This document shows positions 9,963-19,079 of a stretch of DNA of 53,609 bases, in pieces. The DNA is taken from contig JAPLLV010000030.1 in assembly GCA_026387405.1 (NCBI GenBank), positions 1 through 53,609 on the forward strand, read 5' to 3'. Made by a program: the position numbers and the translations under genes. A model generated the notes under the pieces. That model did not search any database, was not told the origin of the DNA, and worked only from the letters and a program-made list of their open reading frames with translations. Source of the DNA: Candidatus Omnitrophota bacterium. Lineage in GTDB: Bacteria > Omnitrophota > Gorgyraeia > Gygaellales > Profunditerraquicolaceae. How positions within the stretch are numbered: position 1 is the first letter of the stretch; each line of letters starts with the position of its first letter.

Positions 9963-10723
9963 TTTTTTACTCCTTTACAAAAAAAGACCTGATAAGTGGC
10001 CCTGATCTGCTTATGCATATCCAGGTAGGCCTCTTCGATCTTCTTTAAGCTCTTTGGGCCTAAGATTGCCTTGCTGTTAACTGCCTCGCCGCGAATACCG
10101 GTATATTTGATCTTGCGCAGCAGATCTCGCAGACAGGGAAAAGTCTCCCGGTATATCTCTTCGCGTATCTCTATCCCATTAAAATTTCTATTTAGTATCC
10201 CAGCTATCTTATCCCTGGGCAAAAAGGCTGCCGCGGGGATACTCTTATCCTTTAGGCAGGCTGCCAAAGCGTCATTGAGTTCGAAAAATGTGCGCGGCCC
10301 AAATATGGAAAAAATGATCCATCCCCCGGGGGTTAACATCTTTTCATATTCAAGAAACGCCTTCTCCAGGTCCACAAACCACTGGAAACAGGCATTGGAA
10401 GTAATAAGATTGAATTCCCCGGGAAAGGAAAAATTCTCGGCATCCGCAGTTACGAATTCGACCTCTCTGCCCTGCAGTTTATTCCTAGCTACCTCGATCA
10501 TCTCTTGTGATATATCTACAGCAAGCAGCCCGGAATATTCAAACTTATTCTTTAGCCTGAGGGTGTAATTTCCCGTGCCGCAGCCTATCTCAAGGATACG
10601 CCTGAATCCGTCCGTATGTATCCAACCCGCGAGTTCTTCGGCCGCCTGCTTCTGTATATCCGCATAATCGTCGTAGAGGCGGGCGCATCTGGAAAAGGCC
10701 TTAACAATTGCCTGTTTATTCAT
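9959..10723 (-). CDS. bioC: Malonyl-ACP O-methyltransferase
   Basis: FSRCARLYD..A..Q, LEIGCGTG, SNACFQW, LK.TG-like motif; start moved to MNKQAIV (10723). Confidence 0.9.
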   Translation of the reverse strand: MNKQAIVKAFSRCARLYDDYADIQKQAAEELAGWIHTDGFRRILEIGCGTGNYTLRLKNKFEYSGLLAVDISQEMIEVARNKLQGREVEFVTADAENFSFPGEFNLITSNACFQWFVDLEKAFLEYEKMLTPGGWIIFSIFGPRTFFELNDALAACLKDKSIPAAAFLPRDKIAGILNRNFNGIEIREEIYRETFPCLRDLLRKIKYTGIRGEAVNSKAILGPKSLKKIEEAYLDMHKQIRATYQVFFCKGVKK

Positions 10724-11405
10724 GGAAAAACTTTTCCTTAAACGCGGGGCTAAAGAAACACGCGTGCCCTGCGCAAGGCAGCCGGATAAATTCCGCCTGA
10801 GGCAAACAAGATCCAAACCCTTCTGCCTCAGCCAATGGCACAACCGAATCCTCTTGGCCGTGGAAGACCCTTATTTTTTTTATACCTGAAAGCGCGCGCG
10901 CATCAAGTTCTACGCGGGAAAGATACTCCAGCCCTAACGCTAAATCCTCTAAACCGATTGATCCTGTATAGTCCTTTAACAATTTTTCCTTAAACCAACG
11001 AAACTTTGTCACCTCTTTCCGGGTGAACAAACCCTGATAAAATTTGTAAAGCCAGGCCTTTTTATTTTTTACGAGCTTGATGTTTATCTCCCGCAAGGCT
11101 TCCGGTTTATATTTCTCGCGCATGCCCAGAAGAATAAGCTCATTTACGCGCCCCGGATATTGCGCGCAAAAATCCGCTGCCAAAAACCCTCCCATTGACC
11201 AGCCCAAAAGGGATACCTTATCCAGGGGCCTCTTATCTAAGGCTTCCCGCAGCTCCCGCGCGAAGCTAAAAGGAGAAAAACTAACCGGCAGCAGGTAATT
11301 ATAAGGTATATCCAGGCAGCCGAAGACCCTATAATCCGTTGCCCACCCCGGGATCAATACCAAACTCTCCTTATAACCCCTATCGATATATTTAAGCTCT
11401 AGCAT
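10716..11405 (-). CDS. bioH: Alpha/beta hydrolase, probable pimeloyl-ACP methyl ester esterase (BioH-like)
   Basis: LIPGW, GWSMGG nucleophile elbow, HGQEDSVVP, GHACF; lies between bioF and bioC. Confidence 0.75.
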   Translation of the reverse strand: MLELKYIDRGYKESLVLIPGWATDYRVFGCLDIPYNYLLPVSFSPFSFARELREALDKRPLDKVSLLGWSMGGFLAADFCAQYPGRVNELILLGMREKYKPEALREINIKLVKNKKAWLYKFYQGLFTRKEVTKFRWFKEKLLKDYTGSIGLEDLALGLEYLSRVELDARALSGIKKIRVFHGQEDSVVPLAEAEGFGSCLPQAEFIRLPCAGHACFFSPAFKEKFFHE

Positions 11406-11414
11406 AGTTTGAAA

Positions 11415-11590
11415 GGCTTTCTGGTTTTGATTCGAGGCGCATTAGAAAATTTTTGCCAAATGTGTGCAAGGTCTTACGGCGAGATGAAGCCGAGTTACCC
11501 GACCTTTACCGGGTAAGTCGCGAGCGAAATCGAGCCGTAAGCCGTAGCACACGGCAAAAATTTTCGCGCCGAGAACAAAACCAGAGAACC
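11415..11590. repeat. Rod-like imperfect palindromic element, copy 1
   Basis: Nested arms ctggttttg/caaaaccag, gaaaatttttgcc/ggcaaaaattttc, gtgtgc/gcacac, cttacggc/gccgtaag; homologous to 13713-13943. Confidence 0.8.
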
Positions 11591-12747
11591 TAACTACAAG
11601 TTACAGATTCAGCAATAACTTGAATCAATCTATCTAATACTTCCTTATCGTGATCATAGCTTAATGAGAAGCGCAGGCGGGCCTGGCCTTGAGGGACTGT
11701 CGGCGGCCGAATAGGCAAAACCCAAAAGCCTTTTTCCTGCAGCTTCTGCGCCGCTTCCACTGCTTTAAGGTTATCGCCAATGATCAGAGGAACTATCTGT
11801 GAGTCCCCTTTTACCTGAAAACCTTTATCGCGCAGGCCTTGACGAAAATAACGCGCCGACTCAAGAAGCGACTTGCGGCGCAATGGCTCCTCTTTGACCA
11901 GAGCAAGTGCCGCTATATCACAGGCAATTACCGCAGGAGGTAAAGCGGTAGAATATATGAAAGCCCTAGAGGTATTTATCAAATACTCAATTATTTCTTT
12001 GGAAGCCGCCACATAGGCCCCAAAACCCGCCATGGCCTTGCTAAAAGTCCCCATAATAATATCTACCTGTTCCGAAACCCCTTCTTCCTCAACCATGCCG
12101 CTGCCTCTTTGGCCGAATATTCCGGTAGCATGCGCCTCATCTACCATAAGCTGGCAATTATATTTTTCCTTTAAGACAACCAATTCCTTTAACGGGCAAC
12201 GGTCGCCATCCATGCTAAATACAGTCTCTGTAACGATCAAGGCTCGCTTGAATCTTGCGCGTTCTCTCTTAAGTAACACCTCAAGCTGTTCCATATCATT
12301 GTGTTTAAAACGTAGAAATCGCGCTCCTGAAAGCATGATCCCATCAATAATACTGGCGTGGTTAAGACGGTCGGAAAATATACAATCCCCCTTATTAAAA
12401 AGGGTGCTGATGATACCTATATTAGCCTGATAGCCGGAATTAAATACCAGGGCCGACTCTTTATTCTTGAGGCGCGCTACCGCCTCTTCCAATTGATGAT
12501 GGATCTGGAGGTCTCCGCTTAAAAGGCGCGAGGCAGAACTGGCCGTGCCGAATTCCTGCGCGGTTTTATTTGACGCCTCGATAAGCCTGGGATGTCCGGA
12601 CAGGCCCAGATAATCATTCGAGGAAAAATCAATGTAATCTTTGCCTCCCAGGCGGATCTTTGTCCCCTGGCGCGCGCTGATGGGCCTTAAAGTACGCAAT
12701 AGCCCTTCTTGTTTCTTATGAATAAGGAAATCCCTTAATCGCTCCAT
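11590..12747 (-). CDS. bioF: 8-amino-7-oxononanoate synthase
   Basis: FSSNDYLGL, SGYQAN, NHASIIDG, FSMDGD, DEAH, GTFSKA, IRPPTVP. Confidence 0.97.
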   Translation of the reverse strand: MERLRDFLIHKKQEGLLRTLRPISARQGTKIRLGGKDYIDFSSNDYLGLSGHPRLIEASNKTAQEFGTASSASRLLSGDLQIHHQLEEAVARLKNKESALVFNSGYQANIGIISTLFNKGDCIFSDRLNHASIIDGIMLSGARFLRFKHNDMEQLEVLLKRERARFKRALIVTETVFSMDGDRCPLKELVVLKEKYNCQLMVDEAHATGIFGQRGSGMVEEEGVSEQVDIIMGTFSKAMAGFGAYVAASKEIIEYLINTSRAFIYSTALPPAVIACDIAALALVKEEPLRRKSLLESARYFRQGLRDKGFQVKGDSQIVPLIIGDNLKAVEAAQKLQEKGFWVLPIRPPTVPQGQARLRFSLSYDHDKEVLDRLIQVIAESVTCS

Positions 12748-13652
12748 GCCTTTTTTATCTCTTCGATTAACCTGCGGTCACGCTCTACCTCTTGCCCTTT
12801 TATGGTCAGATACCCTCCGATAAGCATCCCGTTTGCCCCTGCCTTAAACGCGGACACCTGAGTATCGCCGAAAAATGATTCCCTTCCCGCGGCAATCTTG
12901 ATGATCTTGTCTTTTAGGATAATACGGAATAGGGCGATCGTCTTTAGCGCGTCTTTTACAGAAAGCTGCTCCTGCTTCTCAAGAGGAGTCCCTTTTATGG
13001 GCACCAGGATATTTAGAGGGATCGAGTCTACATCCAGCTCCTTTAACCAAAACACAAGCTCTATCCTGTCATCCATCGTCTCCCCCATTCCGACTATGCC
13101 TCCGCTGCAGACCTGGAGGCCCGCTTTTTTTGCGGCGCGAATAGTCTCTACCCGCTCTTCGAAGGTATGGGTGGTAACGATCTTGGGAAAGTATCCCGGA
13201 GAGGTTTCCAGATTATGGTGATAACGGCTTAAACCCGCCCCCTTAAGGAGTAAAAAATCTTCTTCCTCCAATGAGCCCAAGGAAGCGCACATCTTGATAT
13301 TCAGGCTGGTAGTAATTTCAAAAATAGCCTCGGCAATTGTCTTTAATTCTTCTTTAGATAACCGGTCACCGCTGGTAACAATATCAAACCGCTCTGCGCC
13401 TATATCCCTGGCGCGCCGGGCCGCTGCCAGCATCTCTTCTTTATTTTTCAAAGGATAGGTATTTATTCCGGTGTGATGACGGCTTGACTGGGCGCAAAAT
13501 TTGCAATCCTCGCTGCAGAGGCCGCACTTTGCGTTCATAATGCTGCAGAGCTCCAGGCTATCTCCCAGAGAATCCCGGCGAGCGCGGTCGGCCAAAGAAA
13601 TGAGCTCTTTAAACGGCAAATCCAAAAGTTTTAGTATCTCTCTTTTATCCAT
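12735..13652 (-). CDS. bioB: Biotin synthase
   Basis: CSEDCKFCAQS radical SAM motif, YHHNLETS, CSGGIVGMGE, GYLT. Confidence 0.97.
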   Translation of the reverse strand: MDKREILKLLDLPFKELISLADRARRDSLGDSLELCSIMNAKCGLCSEDCKFCAQSSRHHTGINTYPLKNKEEMLAAARRARDIGAERFDIVTSGDRLSKEELKTIAEAIFEITTSLNIKMCASLGSLEEEDFLLLKGAGLSRYHHNLETSPGYFPKIVTTHTFEERVETIRAAKKAGLQVCSGGIVGMGETMDDRIELVFWLKELDVDSIPLNILVPIKGTPLEKQEQLSVKDALKTIALFRIILKDKIIKIAAGRESFFGDTQVSAFKAGANGMLIGGYLTIKGQEVERDRRLIEEIKKAWSD

Positions 13653-13662
13653 TGTTCAATCC

Positions 13663-13690
13663 GTCAACTATTTTAATATATCTAGTTGAC
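13663..13690. promoter_or_regulatory. BirA operator upstream of bioB
   Basis: GTCAAC-N16-GTTGAC inverted repeat about 10 nt before the bioB ATG, matching the known BirA site geometry; HTH-bearing birA is adjacent. Confidence 0.8.
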
Positions 13691-13712
13691 TAAAGCAAGT
13701 GAAAATCTTGTG

Positions 13713-13943
13713 GGCTTTTCGTTTGCTCGGGATATTGTGAGCGTGCCCCGTATAAATCCCTCTGGGATTATACGGGGCGTGTATTAGAAAATTTTTTCCA
13801 AATGTGCCCAAGGATTTGCGTTGAGTGGAGTGAGCTTGCCGTAAGCATGCCTTCCAGACGCCTGGCGAACGCAACGAGACGCAAACCGTAGGGCACGGAA
13901 AAAATTTTCACACGCGAACAATATCCCGAACAAACGAAAAACC
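13713..13943. repeat. Rod-like imperfect palindromic element, copy 2
   Basis: Arms ttttcgtttg/caaacgaaaa, cgggatattg/caatatcccg, gaaaattttttcc/ggaaaaaattttc, gtgccc/gggcac, tttgcgt/acgcaaa. Confidence 0.8.
13746..13777. mobile_element. 32-bp CCCCG..CGGGG mini-element nested in the rod element
   Basis: ccccgtataa..ttatacgggg flanked by a cgtg direct repeat (13742-13745 and 13778-13781). Confidence 0.75.
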
Positions 13944-13980
13944 AAAAAGACTATCTACAATTAAGTTTTAGCGGGCGGGA

Positions 13981-14937
13981 TCAGCGGCAGTGGACGATGT
14001 CCCCGGAGGTAACCTTCTGGGTGAGGCCGGCGTCGTTGCGTAAAAGCAGCCCCCCGTCCTTATCGATATCGACGGCCATCCCCTCGAGGTACTCCTCATG
14101 GTAGGTAAGCTTTATCCTCTTGCCCAGGGTGATATTATGGGCCTTCCACTTCTGGATTATGGAACTGGGCCCTTTTTCCTGGAACTCCAGATAGTTCGCC
14201 TCAATGCGGCGCAATATCTCCTGGAGCAATTGGATACGGTTTAGCTGGTGTTTATTGTGTTCTTTTAAAGAAGTCGCGCCCGGGATAAGGCTATTCTTAT
14301 CGTTATTCACATTCAGGCCTAGACCGATGATCACAAAACGCGTACTATCCATCTCGGCATTCAGCTCGGTAAGTATGCCTCCCAATTTCTTATGCTGGAG
14401 CAATATATCGTTGGGCCATTTGATCTTTGCCTCCAGGCCGCACGCTATATTGATCGCTTCGCAGATACTTACCGCGCAAAGGAGCGTAAGCACCGGAGTC
14501 GCACCTGGCAATATTTTCGGCCTTAAGATCAAGGACAGGTATATACCTTTATATTTTGGCGAGTGCCACGACCTGGCCAACCTGCCCCTGCCTTTAGTCT
14601 GGGACTCGGATATGACCACTGTACCCTCTGGAGCCCCTTTTATCCCCAGTTCCTCGGCGCTATCCATAGTAGAAGAAACCGTATCAAAATAATGGATTTT
14701 TCTTGCGATAAATTTTGTGCGCAGTTCGTGCGTTATCTCGAACGGAAGCAGGCGGTCGGGAGAATTAACCAGCCGATACCCCAGATGCGGCACAGCCACT
14801 ATGTCGTAGCCGGCGTCCTTGAGTTGCTGGATATGCTTCCACAGGGCCTGACGGGATACCTTAAGCAGAGAACTCAGTTCTTCTCCGGAGACATGCTCGC
14901 TTTTTGACTTTAAACAGTTGAGTATCCTCTCGTGCAT
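13981..14937 (-). CDS. birA: Bifunctional biotin--protein ligase / biotin operon repressor
   Basis: N-terminal HTH (SGEELS..L.VSRQALWKHI), QTKGRGR, IKWPND, KKLGGIL. Confidence 0.97.
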   Translation of the reverse strand: MHERILNCLKSKSEHVSGEELSSLLKVSRQALWKHIQQLKDAGYDIVAVPHLGYRLVNSPDRLLPFEITHELRTKFIARKIHYFDTVSSTMDSAEELGIKGAPEGTVVISESQTKGRGRLARSWHSPKYKGIYLSLILRPKILPGATPVLTLLCAVSICEAINIACGLEAKIKWPNDILLQHKKLGGILTELNAEMDSTRFVIIGLGLNVNNDKNSLIPGATSLKEHNKHQLNRIQLLQEILRRIEANYLEFQEKGPSSIIQKWKAHNITLGKRIKLTYHEEYLEGMAVDIDKDGGLLLRNDAGLTQKVTSGDIVHCR

Positions 14938-14939
14938 GA

Positions 14940-16103
14940 TTATTTCTTCTCGTAAAGGGGGGACATGGCGCGCAGGTTCTCAACGACTTTAGGCAGATGC
15001 TCCAATAAATAATCGATATCCTCTTTCCTGCTCCATCTGCCCAGCGTCAGGCGTAACGATCCATGCGCGACCTCGTGTTTCAAGCCGATAGCCAAAAGCA
15101 CGTGCGATGGTTCCAGAGAACTTGAGGTGCAGGCAGAGCCGGTTGAAGCGGCGATACCCAGCATATCCAGGGATAAAAGCATCGATTCGCCTTCGATGTA
15201 TTTTATGGAAAAATTGGCGTTATTGGGTAAACGTTTAGCGGCATGCCCGTTAAGTATAGTATCGGGGATTTTAGCGGGTATTTCTTTGATCATGCGGTCG
15301 CGCAGCAAGGTAAGTATTTTCATTTCTTCCCGCATATTCTTCTTGCACAATTCAACGGCCTTGCCTAATCCTACGATGCCGGTAGTGTTCTGCGTGGAAG
15401 CGCGCCGACCCCTTTCCTGATCCCCGCCGTGCAAAAACCTTTCCATGCGGGTGCCCTTTCTTACATACAAAGCCCCTACGCCTTTTGGCCCGTAAAACTT
15501 ATGCGCGGACAAAGATAACAGATCGATGTTTTGCTCATCTACGTTAACGGGGATGTGGCCTACAGTCTGGACTGCGTCGGTATGAAAATAGATGCCTTTT
15601 GCCCTGGCGATCTTGCCTATATCGGCAATAGGCTGGATCGTGCCGATCTCGTTATTGGCGTGCATCACGGAAATAAGGATGGTCTTGTCGGTGATGGACT
15701 TCTTAATGTCCTCGGGGTCAACCAATCCCTGCTTATCCACGCCTACGGCGGTCACCACAAACCCGCGCTTTTCCAGCGCCTTGCAGGTCTCGCTCACCGC
15801 ATGGTGCTCGATCGCGGTAGTAATAATATGATTCCCTTTAGCCTGCAAGGCGTAAGCCACTCCGGAAATCGCGGTGTTATCGGATTCCGTGCCCCCGGAG
15901 GTAAAAATTATCTCTTCGGGCTTGGCCCCCAGAAAACTTGCCAGCATCTCCCGCGCGTCCTCGATCGCATGCTTTGCCTCCTGGCCAAAGGAATGAATGC
16001 TCGAGGGGTTGCCGAACTTATGGAAAAAATAAGGCTCCATCGCCTTTTGGACCTCGGGGTCGCAAGGCGCGGTAGCCGCGTAGTCTAGATATATCCGTTT
16101 CAT
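14940..16103 (-). CDS. iscS: Cysteine desulfurase (NifS/IscS)
   Basis: YLDYAAT, GNPSSIH, FTSGGTESDN, SAHKFYGPKGVG, STGSACTS. Confidence 0.95.
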   Translation of the reverse strand: MKRIYLDYAATAPCDPEVQKAMEPYFFHKFGNPSSIHSFGQEAKHAIEDAREMLASFLGAKPEEIIFTSGGTESDNTAISGVAYALQAKGNHIITTAIEHHAVSETCKALEKRGFVVTAVGVDKQGLVDPEDIKKSITDKTILISVMHANNEIGTIQPIADIGKIARAKGIYFHTDAVQTVGHIPVNVDEQNIDLLSLSAHKFYGPKGVGALYVRKGTRMERFLHGGDQERGRRASTQNTTGIVGLGKAVELCKKNMREEMKILTLLRDRMIKEIPAKIPDTILNGHAAKRLPNNANFSIKYIEGESMLLSLDMLGIAASTGSACTSSSLEPSHVLLAIGLKHEVAHGSLRLTLGRWSRKEDIDYLLEHLPKVVENLRAMSPLYEKK

Positions 16104-16945
16104 TTTATCACCTCATTCACCCCGTTTTTCCTTAGAGGATATCGCACTTTTCTTTTAGGAAGAACGGGGTTCATGCTCCCCGTGCGGTAACCTTCCAGAT
16201 CCACAGTGATATAGCTATAACCCAATTTTTTTAATCTCCCTACTACAAAGCGGCGTTTGCGTATGAGTTCGGGTATATCGCTTTTTATGACCTCTATGCG
16301 GCATAGGCCGTTGTAGTGCCTTAGGCGCGACTGTTTAAACCCGAACCCCCGCAAGATATCCTCTGCCCGGCTTATCCGAGTAAGAGTATGCGGTAGCAAT
16401 CTTGTGCCATAAGGGACCCTTGAGGCAAGGCAGGCCTGCGCCGGCTTATCCCAGGTTGAAAGCCCCAGCTTCTTGCTCTCCCGGCGTATATCTTCTTTGG
16501 TAAATCCCACTTCTTCAAGCGGAGAACGAACCCCTGATTCCATCCTGGCTTGAGTGCCCGGCCGAAAGTCATTTTTATCCGAGAGGTTGCTTGCGTCAAC
16601 GACAAAACGGATCTTATGCCGCGCCGCGATTTTTTTCAGTTTGCCGAAAAGCTCGTTCTTGCAATAATAACAGCGGGTTAAGGAATTGGCAATAAACCTC
16701 TTATCCTTAAACTCATCTGTCTTTATTATCTTGTGCCTGGCGCCTAATTTCCTGGCAGTCTCTCTGGCCAGGATGAGCTCAGAACGCGGATACGTGGCAG
16801 AGGCAGCGGTAACTGCCAACACCTTACCGCCCAGGGTATCAAGCGCTGACTTTAGAAGGAAAGTGCTGTCCGCTCCTCCGGAATAAGCCACTAAAACCGA
16901 ATCCATCTTCTTTAAAATGGTTTTTAACTTGGATAGTTTATCCAC
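16100..16945 (-). CDS. larE: ATP-dependent sacrificial sulfur transferase LarE
   Basis: AYSGGADS PP-loop, RCYYCK, DFRPG, ACLASRVPYG, DLEGYRTGSMN; start moved to GTG 16945 because the longer ORF overlaps nifU. Confidence 0.88.
   Translation of the reverse strand: MDKLSKLKTILKKMDSVLVAYSGGADSTFLLKSALDTLGGKVLAVTAASATYPRSELILARETARKLGARHKIIKTDEFKDKRFIANSLTRCYYCKNELFGKLKKIAARHKIRFVVDASNLSDKNDFRPGTQARMESGVRSPLEEVGFTKEDIRRESKKLGLSTWDKPAQACLASRVPYGTRLLPHTLTRISRAEDILRGFGFKQSRLRHYNGLCRIEVIKSDIPELIRKRRFVVGRLKKLGYSYITVDLEGYRTGSMNPVLPKRKVRYPLRKNGVNEVIK
16120..16169. mobile_element. 50-bp CCCCG..CGGGG mini-element inserted in frame in larE
   Basis: ccccgtttttcct/aggaagaacgggg arms with a ttca direct repeat (16116-16119 and 16170-16173); 54 nt equals 18 codons. 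Confidence 0.8.
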
Positions 16946-16947
16946 TG

Positions 16948-17169
16948 TTATATGGCAATAACCTCTTTTATTTCCGGAACCTCCTGTTTCAATATCCTTT
17001 CTACCCCCATTTTCAAGGTCATTTGTGACATAGGGCAGCAACCGCAGGTTCCGGTAAGCCTTAATTTTACCACGCCGTCCTTGGTTACCTCAACCAAATC
17101 CACATTACCGCCGTCAGCCATAAGCATGGGGCGGATCTTCTCTAATGCCTTCTCGACTTTTTCTCTCAT
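16948..17169 (-). CDS. NifU C-terminal / Nfu-type Fe-S carrier
   Basis: [30 protein letters not shown]. Confidence 0.93.
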   Translation of the reverse strand: MREKVEKALEKIRPMLMADGGNVDLVEVTKDGVVKLRLTGTCGCCPMSQMTLKMGVERILKQEVPEIKEVIAI

Positions 17170-17309
17170 GTTTTCTCCTTAAAATTCAGTCTGCCTCTAG
17201 CGGTTAGGCTGAATTTTACACCGTCCTCTAAGACGGTGCCTACCTGCCTTTGGCGTTGTAGGTTTATTATATCACGCTCAGTAAAAAAATATAGTCACTT
17301 TTGCAGTTA

Positions 17310-18215
17310 CTAAAATCTATTTTGGATTAAATACCGGAAGGCGCTGAGAGCGGCCTTGGAACCTTCACCCGCGGCAATAATGATCTGTTTTTCCGGAACA
17401 TCCGTAACGTCTCCGGCAGCGAATATCCCGGGGATATTAGTCTCATTTCTACCGTTCACCTTAATCTCACCAAGTTCATTTTTGGCGACATCCCCGGCAA
17501 AATGGCTGTTGGGGATAAGGCCCATCTCCACAAATACCCCCGCAACCGCCAACGTCTCTTCTTTCGCGTCTTTCAACACTTTGATCCCGGTAACCATCTT
17601 GCTTCCCAAGACCGCGCCTACCTTCGCGTTATTCAATATCGTTACCTGGGGATTATATAAAAGTTGTTCCTGCATTATAGGATCGCCTGTTAAGCCAGGC
17701 GCAATATTGATTATCGTTACCCGGCGCGCGATCTTAGTCAATTGTATGGCCGCATCCAGGGCAGAATTTCCTCCGCCGATTACCGCCACGTCTTTACCGG
17801 AAAATAACGGCCCATCACAGGTGGCGCAATAGGTCAGTCCTTTGTTCTTACACTCGTTTTCTCCGGGCACGCCCAATTCCCGCGAGCGTTTTCCCGAAGC
17901 GATAATCAGCGTCCTGGATTCGAATGCGCCCTTGTCCGTCTTTACCTTAATGCTGTTGTCCTGCTTTCTTACCTCCAAAACCGCTTCGTTCTCCCGCAGG
18001 TTGATGCCGAATTTACGCATATGTTCTTCGAACTTCTGCGACAGCTGCGGCCCGGTGATAAACTGATACCCGGTATAGTTCTCTATATCGCCGCTCCAGG
18101 CAGCCTGACCGCCGATATCCTGCGTAATAACCATAAGGTCCAGCCTCTTTCGCGCAGCGTAAACGCTTGCGGTTATGCCGGCTGGACCTGCCCCTACGAT
18201 GATCAAATCATACAT
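17310..18215 (-). CDS. trxB: Thioredoxin-disulfide reductase (TrxB/AhpF-like)
   Basis: GAGPAG, YCATCDG, GGGNSA, AAGD. Confidence 0.9.
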   Translation of the reverse strand: MYDLIIVGAGPAGITASVYAARKRLDLMVITQDIGGQAAWSGDIENYTGYQFITGPQLSQKFEEHMRKFGINLRENEAVLEVRKQDNSIKVKTDKGAFESRTLIIASGKRSRELGVPGENECKNKGLTYCATCDGPLFSGKDVAVIGGGNSALDAAIQLTKIARRVTIINIAPGLTGDPIMQEQLLYNPQVTILNNAKVGAVLGSKMVTGIKVLKDAKEETLAVAGVFVEMGLIPNSHFAGDVAKNELGEIKVNGRNETNIPGIFAAGDVTDVPEKQIIIAAGEGSKAALSAFRYLIQNRF

Positions 18216-18243
18216 ACTATTTAATATCCTTACGGCTCCTGAT

Positions 18244-18330
18244 TATGTTCTCGACTCGCCTTGAGTAAAACCTAAGGCCTCGCTCGAACAATATTCTTCG
18301 AGCGAGGCCGCAGGCCGAGTCGAGAAGAAT
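18244..18330. repeat. REP-like palindrome, family B, inverted doublet
   Basis: tgttctcgactcg..cctcgctcgaacaat followed by an inverted unit ttcttcgagcgagg..cgagtcgagaagaa. Confidence 0.8.
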
Positions 18331-18340
18331 CCGGCTTACT

Positions 18341-18577
18341 CTACAAACCTAATGACTGTTTTATCTTCTCCTTATCAAACCCGACTATGATCTGGCCGTC
18401 GATATCCAGCACGGGAACCCCCATCTGCCCGGATTTTTCGATCATCTCTTCGCTCGCCTTCGCGTCGGAAGAAACATCCACATTCTCAAAAATAACATTA
18501 TTATCTTTCAAAAATTGCTTTGCCCTGATGCAGTATGGGCAGGTAGGTGTGCTATAAATTTTTACGTGTTTATCCAT
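18341..18577 (-). CDS. Glutaredoxin / NrdH-redoxin
   Basis: YSTPTCPYC, SGQMGVPV, IVGFD. Confidence 0.93.
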   Translation of the reverse strand: MDKHVKIYSTPTCPYCIRAKQFLKDNNVIFENVDVSSDAKASEEMIEKSGQMGVPVLDIDGQIIVGFDKEKIKQSLGL

Positions 18578-18586
18578 AGTTATCTC

Positions 18587-19063
18587 CTAAATTTGCCTTT
18601 TTAATTCCAGAAGCTGCCTCAAATGGCTCTCTTCCTGCGCGATCAATGCCTCAACCGTCTCTCGGTTATAATCAGGCACTATCCTTTTCATCCCCGCGTA
18701 GAAAACAATGGAATCCTGCTCAAAACCTATACCCGTCTCAACGGCTACGCGGTCGCTGGTGATCTGCCTGGCGATCAGGGTTCCCTGACCTTCCTTCGTA
18801 AATATATGCTCACCGGCAAGGGCCTTCATATAGGCAAAATATTCTCCGGGATAAGCCTCGGGCGGCTCGTACTGGTCCAACTTGCTCAGTAGGCCCTCAA
18901 AGACCTTAATATGCTTTTCTTCCTCTTTGGCCAGATACTTAAAGATATCCGCGGCCTTGGGACTCTTTGATATATTAACCAGCGCATTATAAAAATCCCT
19001 GCCGTTCTTTTCAATCTGAATACCCAGTTCCACGATTTCACTGCCCGCAAAAATGTCCCCCAT
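18587..19063 (-). CDS. Rubrerythrin-type ferritin-like protein
   Basis: Two repeats of E..G/S..FY and EExxH (EEEKH, EESH). Confidence 0.88.
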   Translation of the reverse strand: MGDIFAGSEIVELGIQIEKNGRDFYNALVNISKSPKAADIFKYLAKEEEKHIKVFEGLLSKLDQYEPPEAYPGEYFAYMKALAGEHIFTKEGQGTLIARQITSDRVAVETGIGFEQDSIVFYAGMKRIVPDYNRETVEALIAQEESHLRQLLELKRQI

Positions 19064-19079
19064 ACTTAGACTCCTTGCT

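Noticed and set aside
13668-13874. 68-aa ORF
   Set aside because: It lies in the rod-like element and the BirA operator
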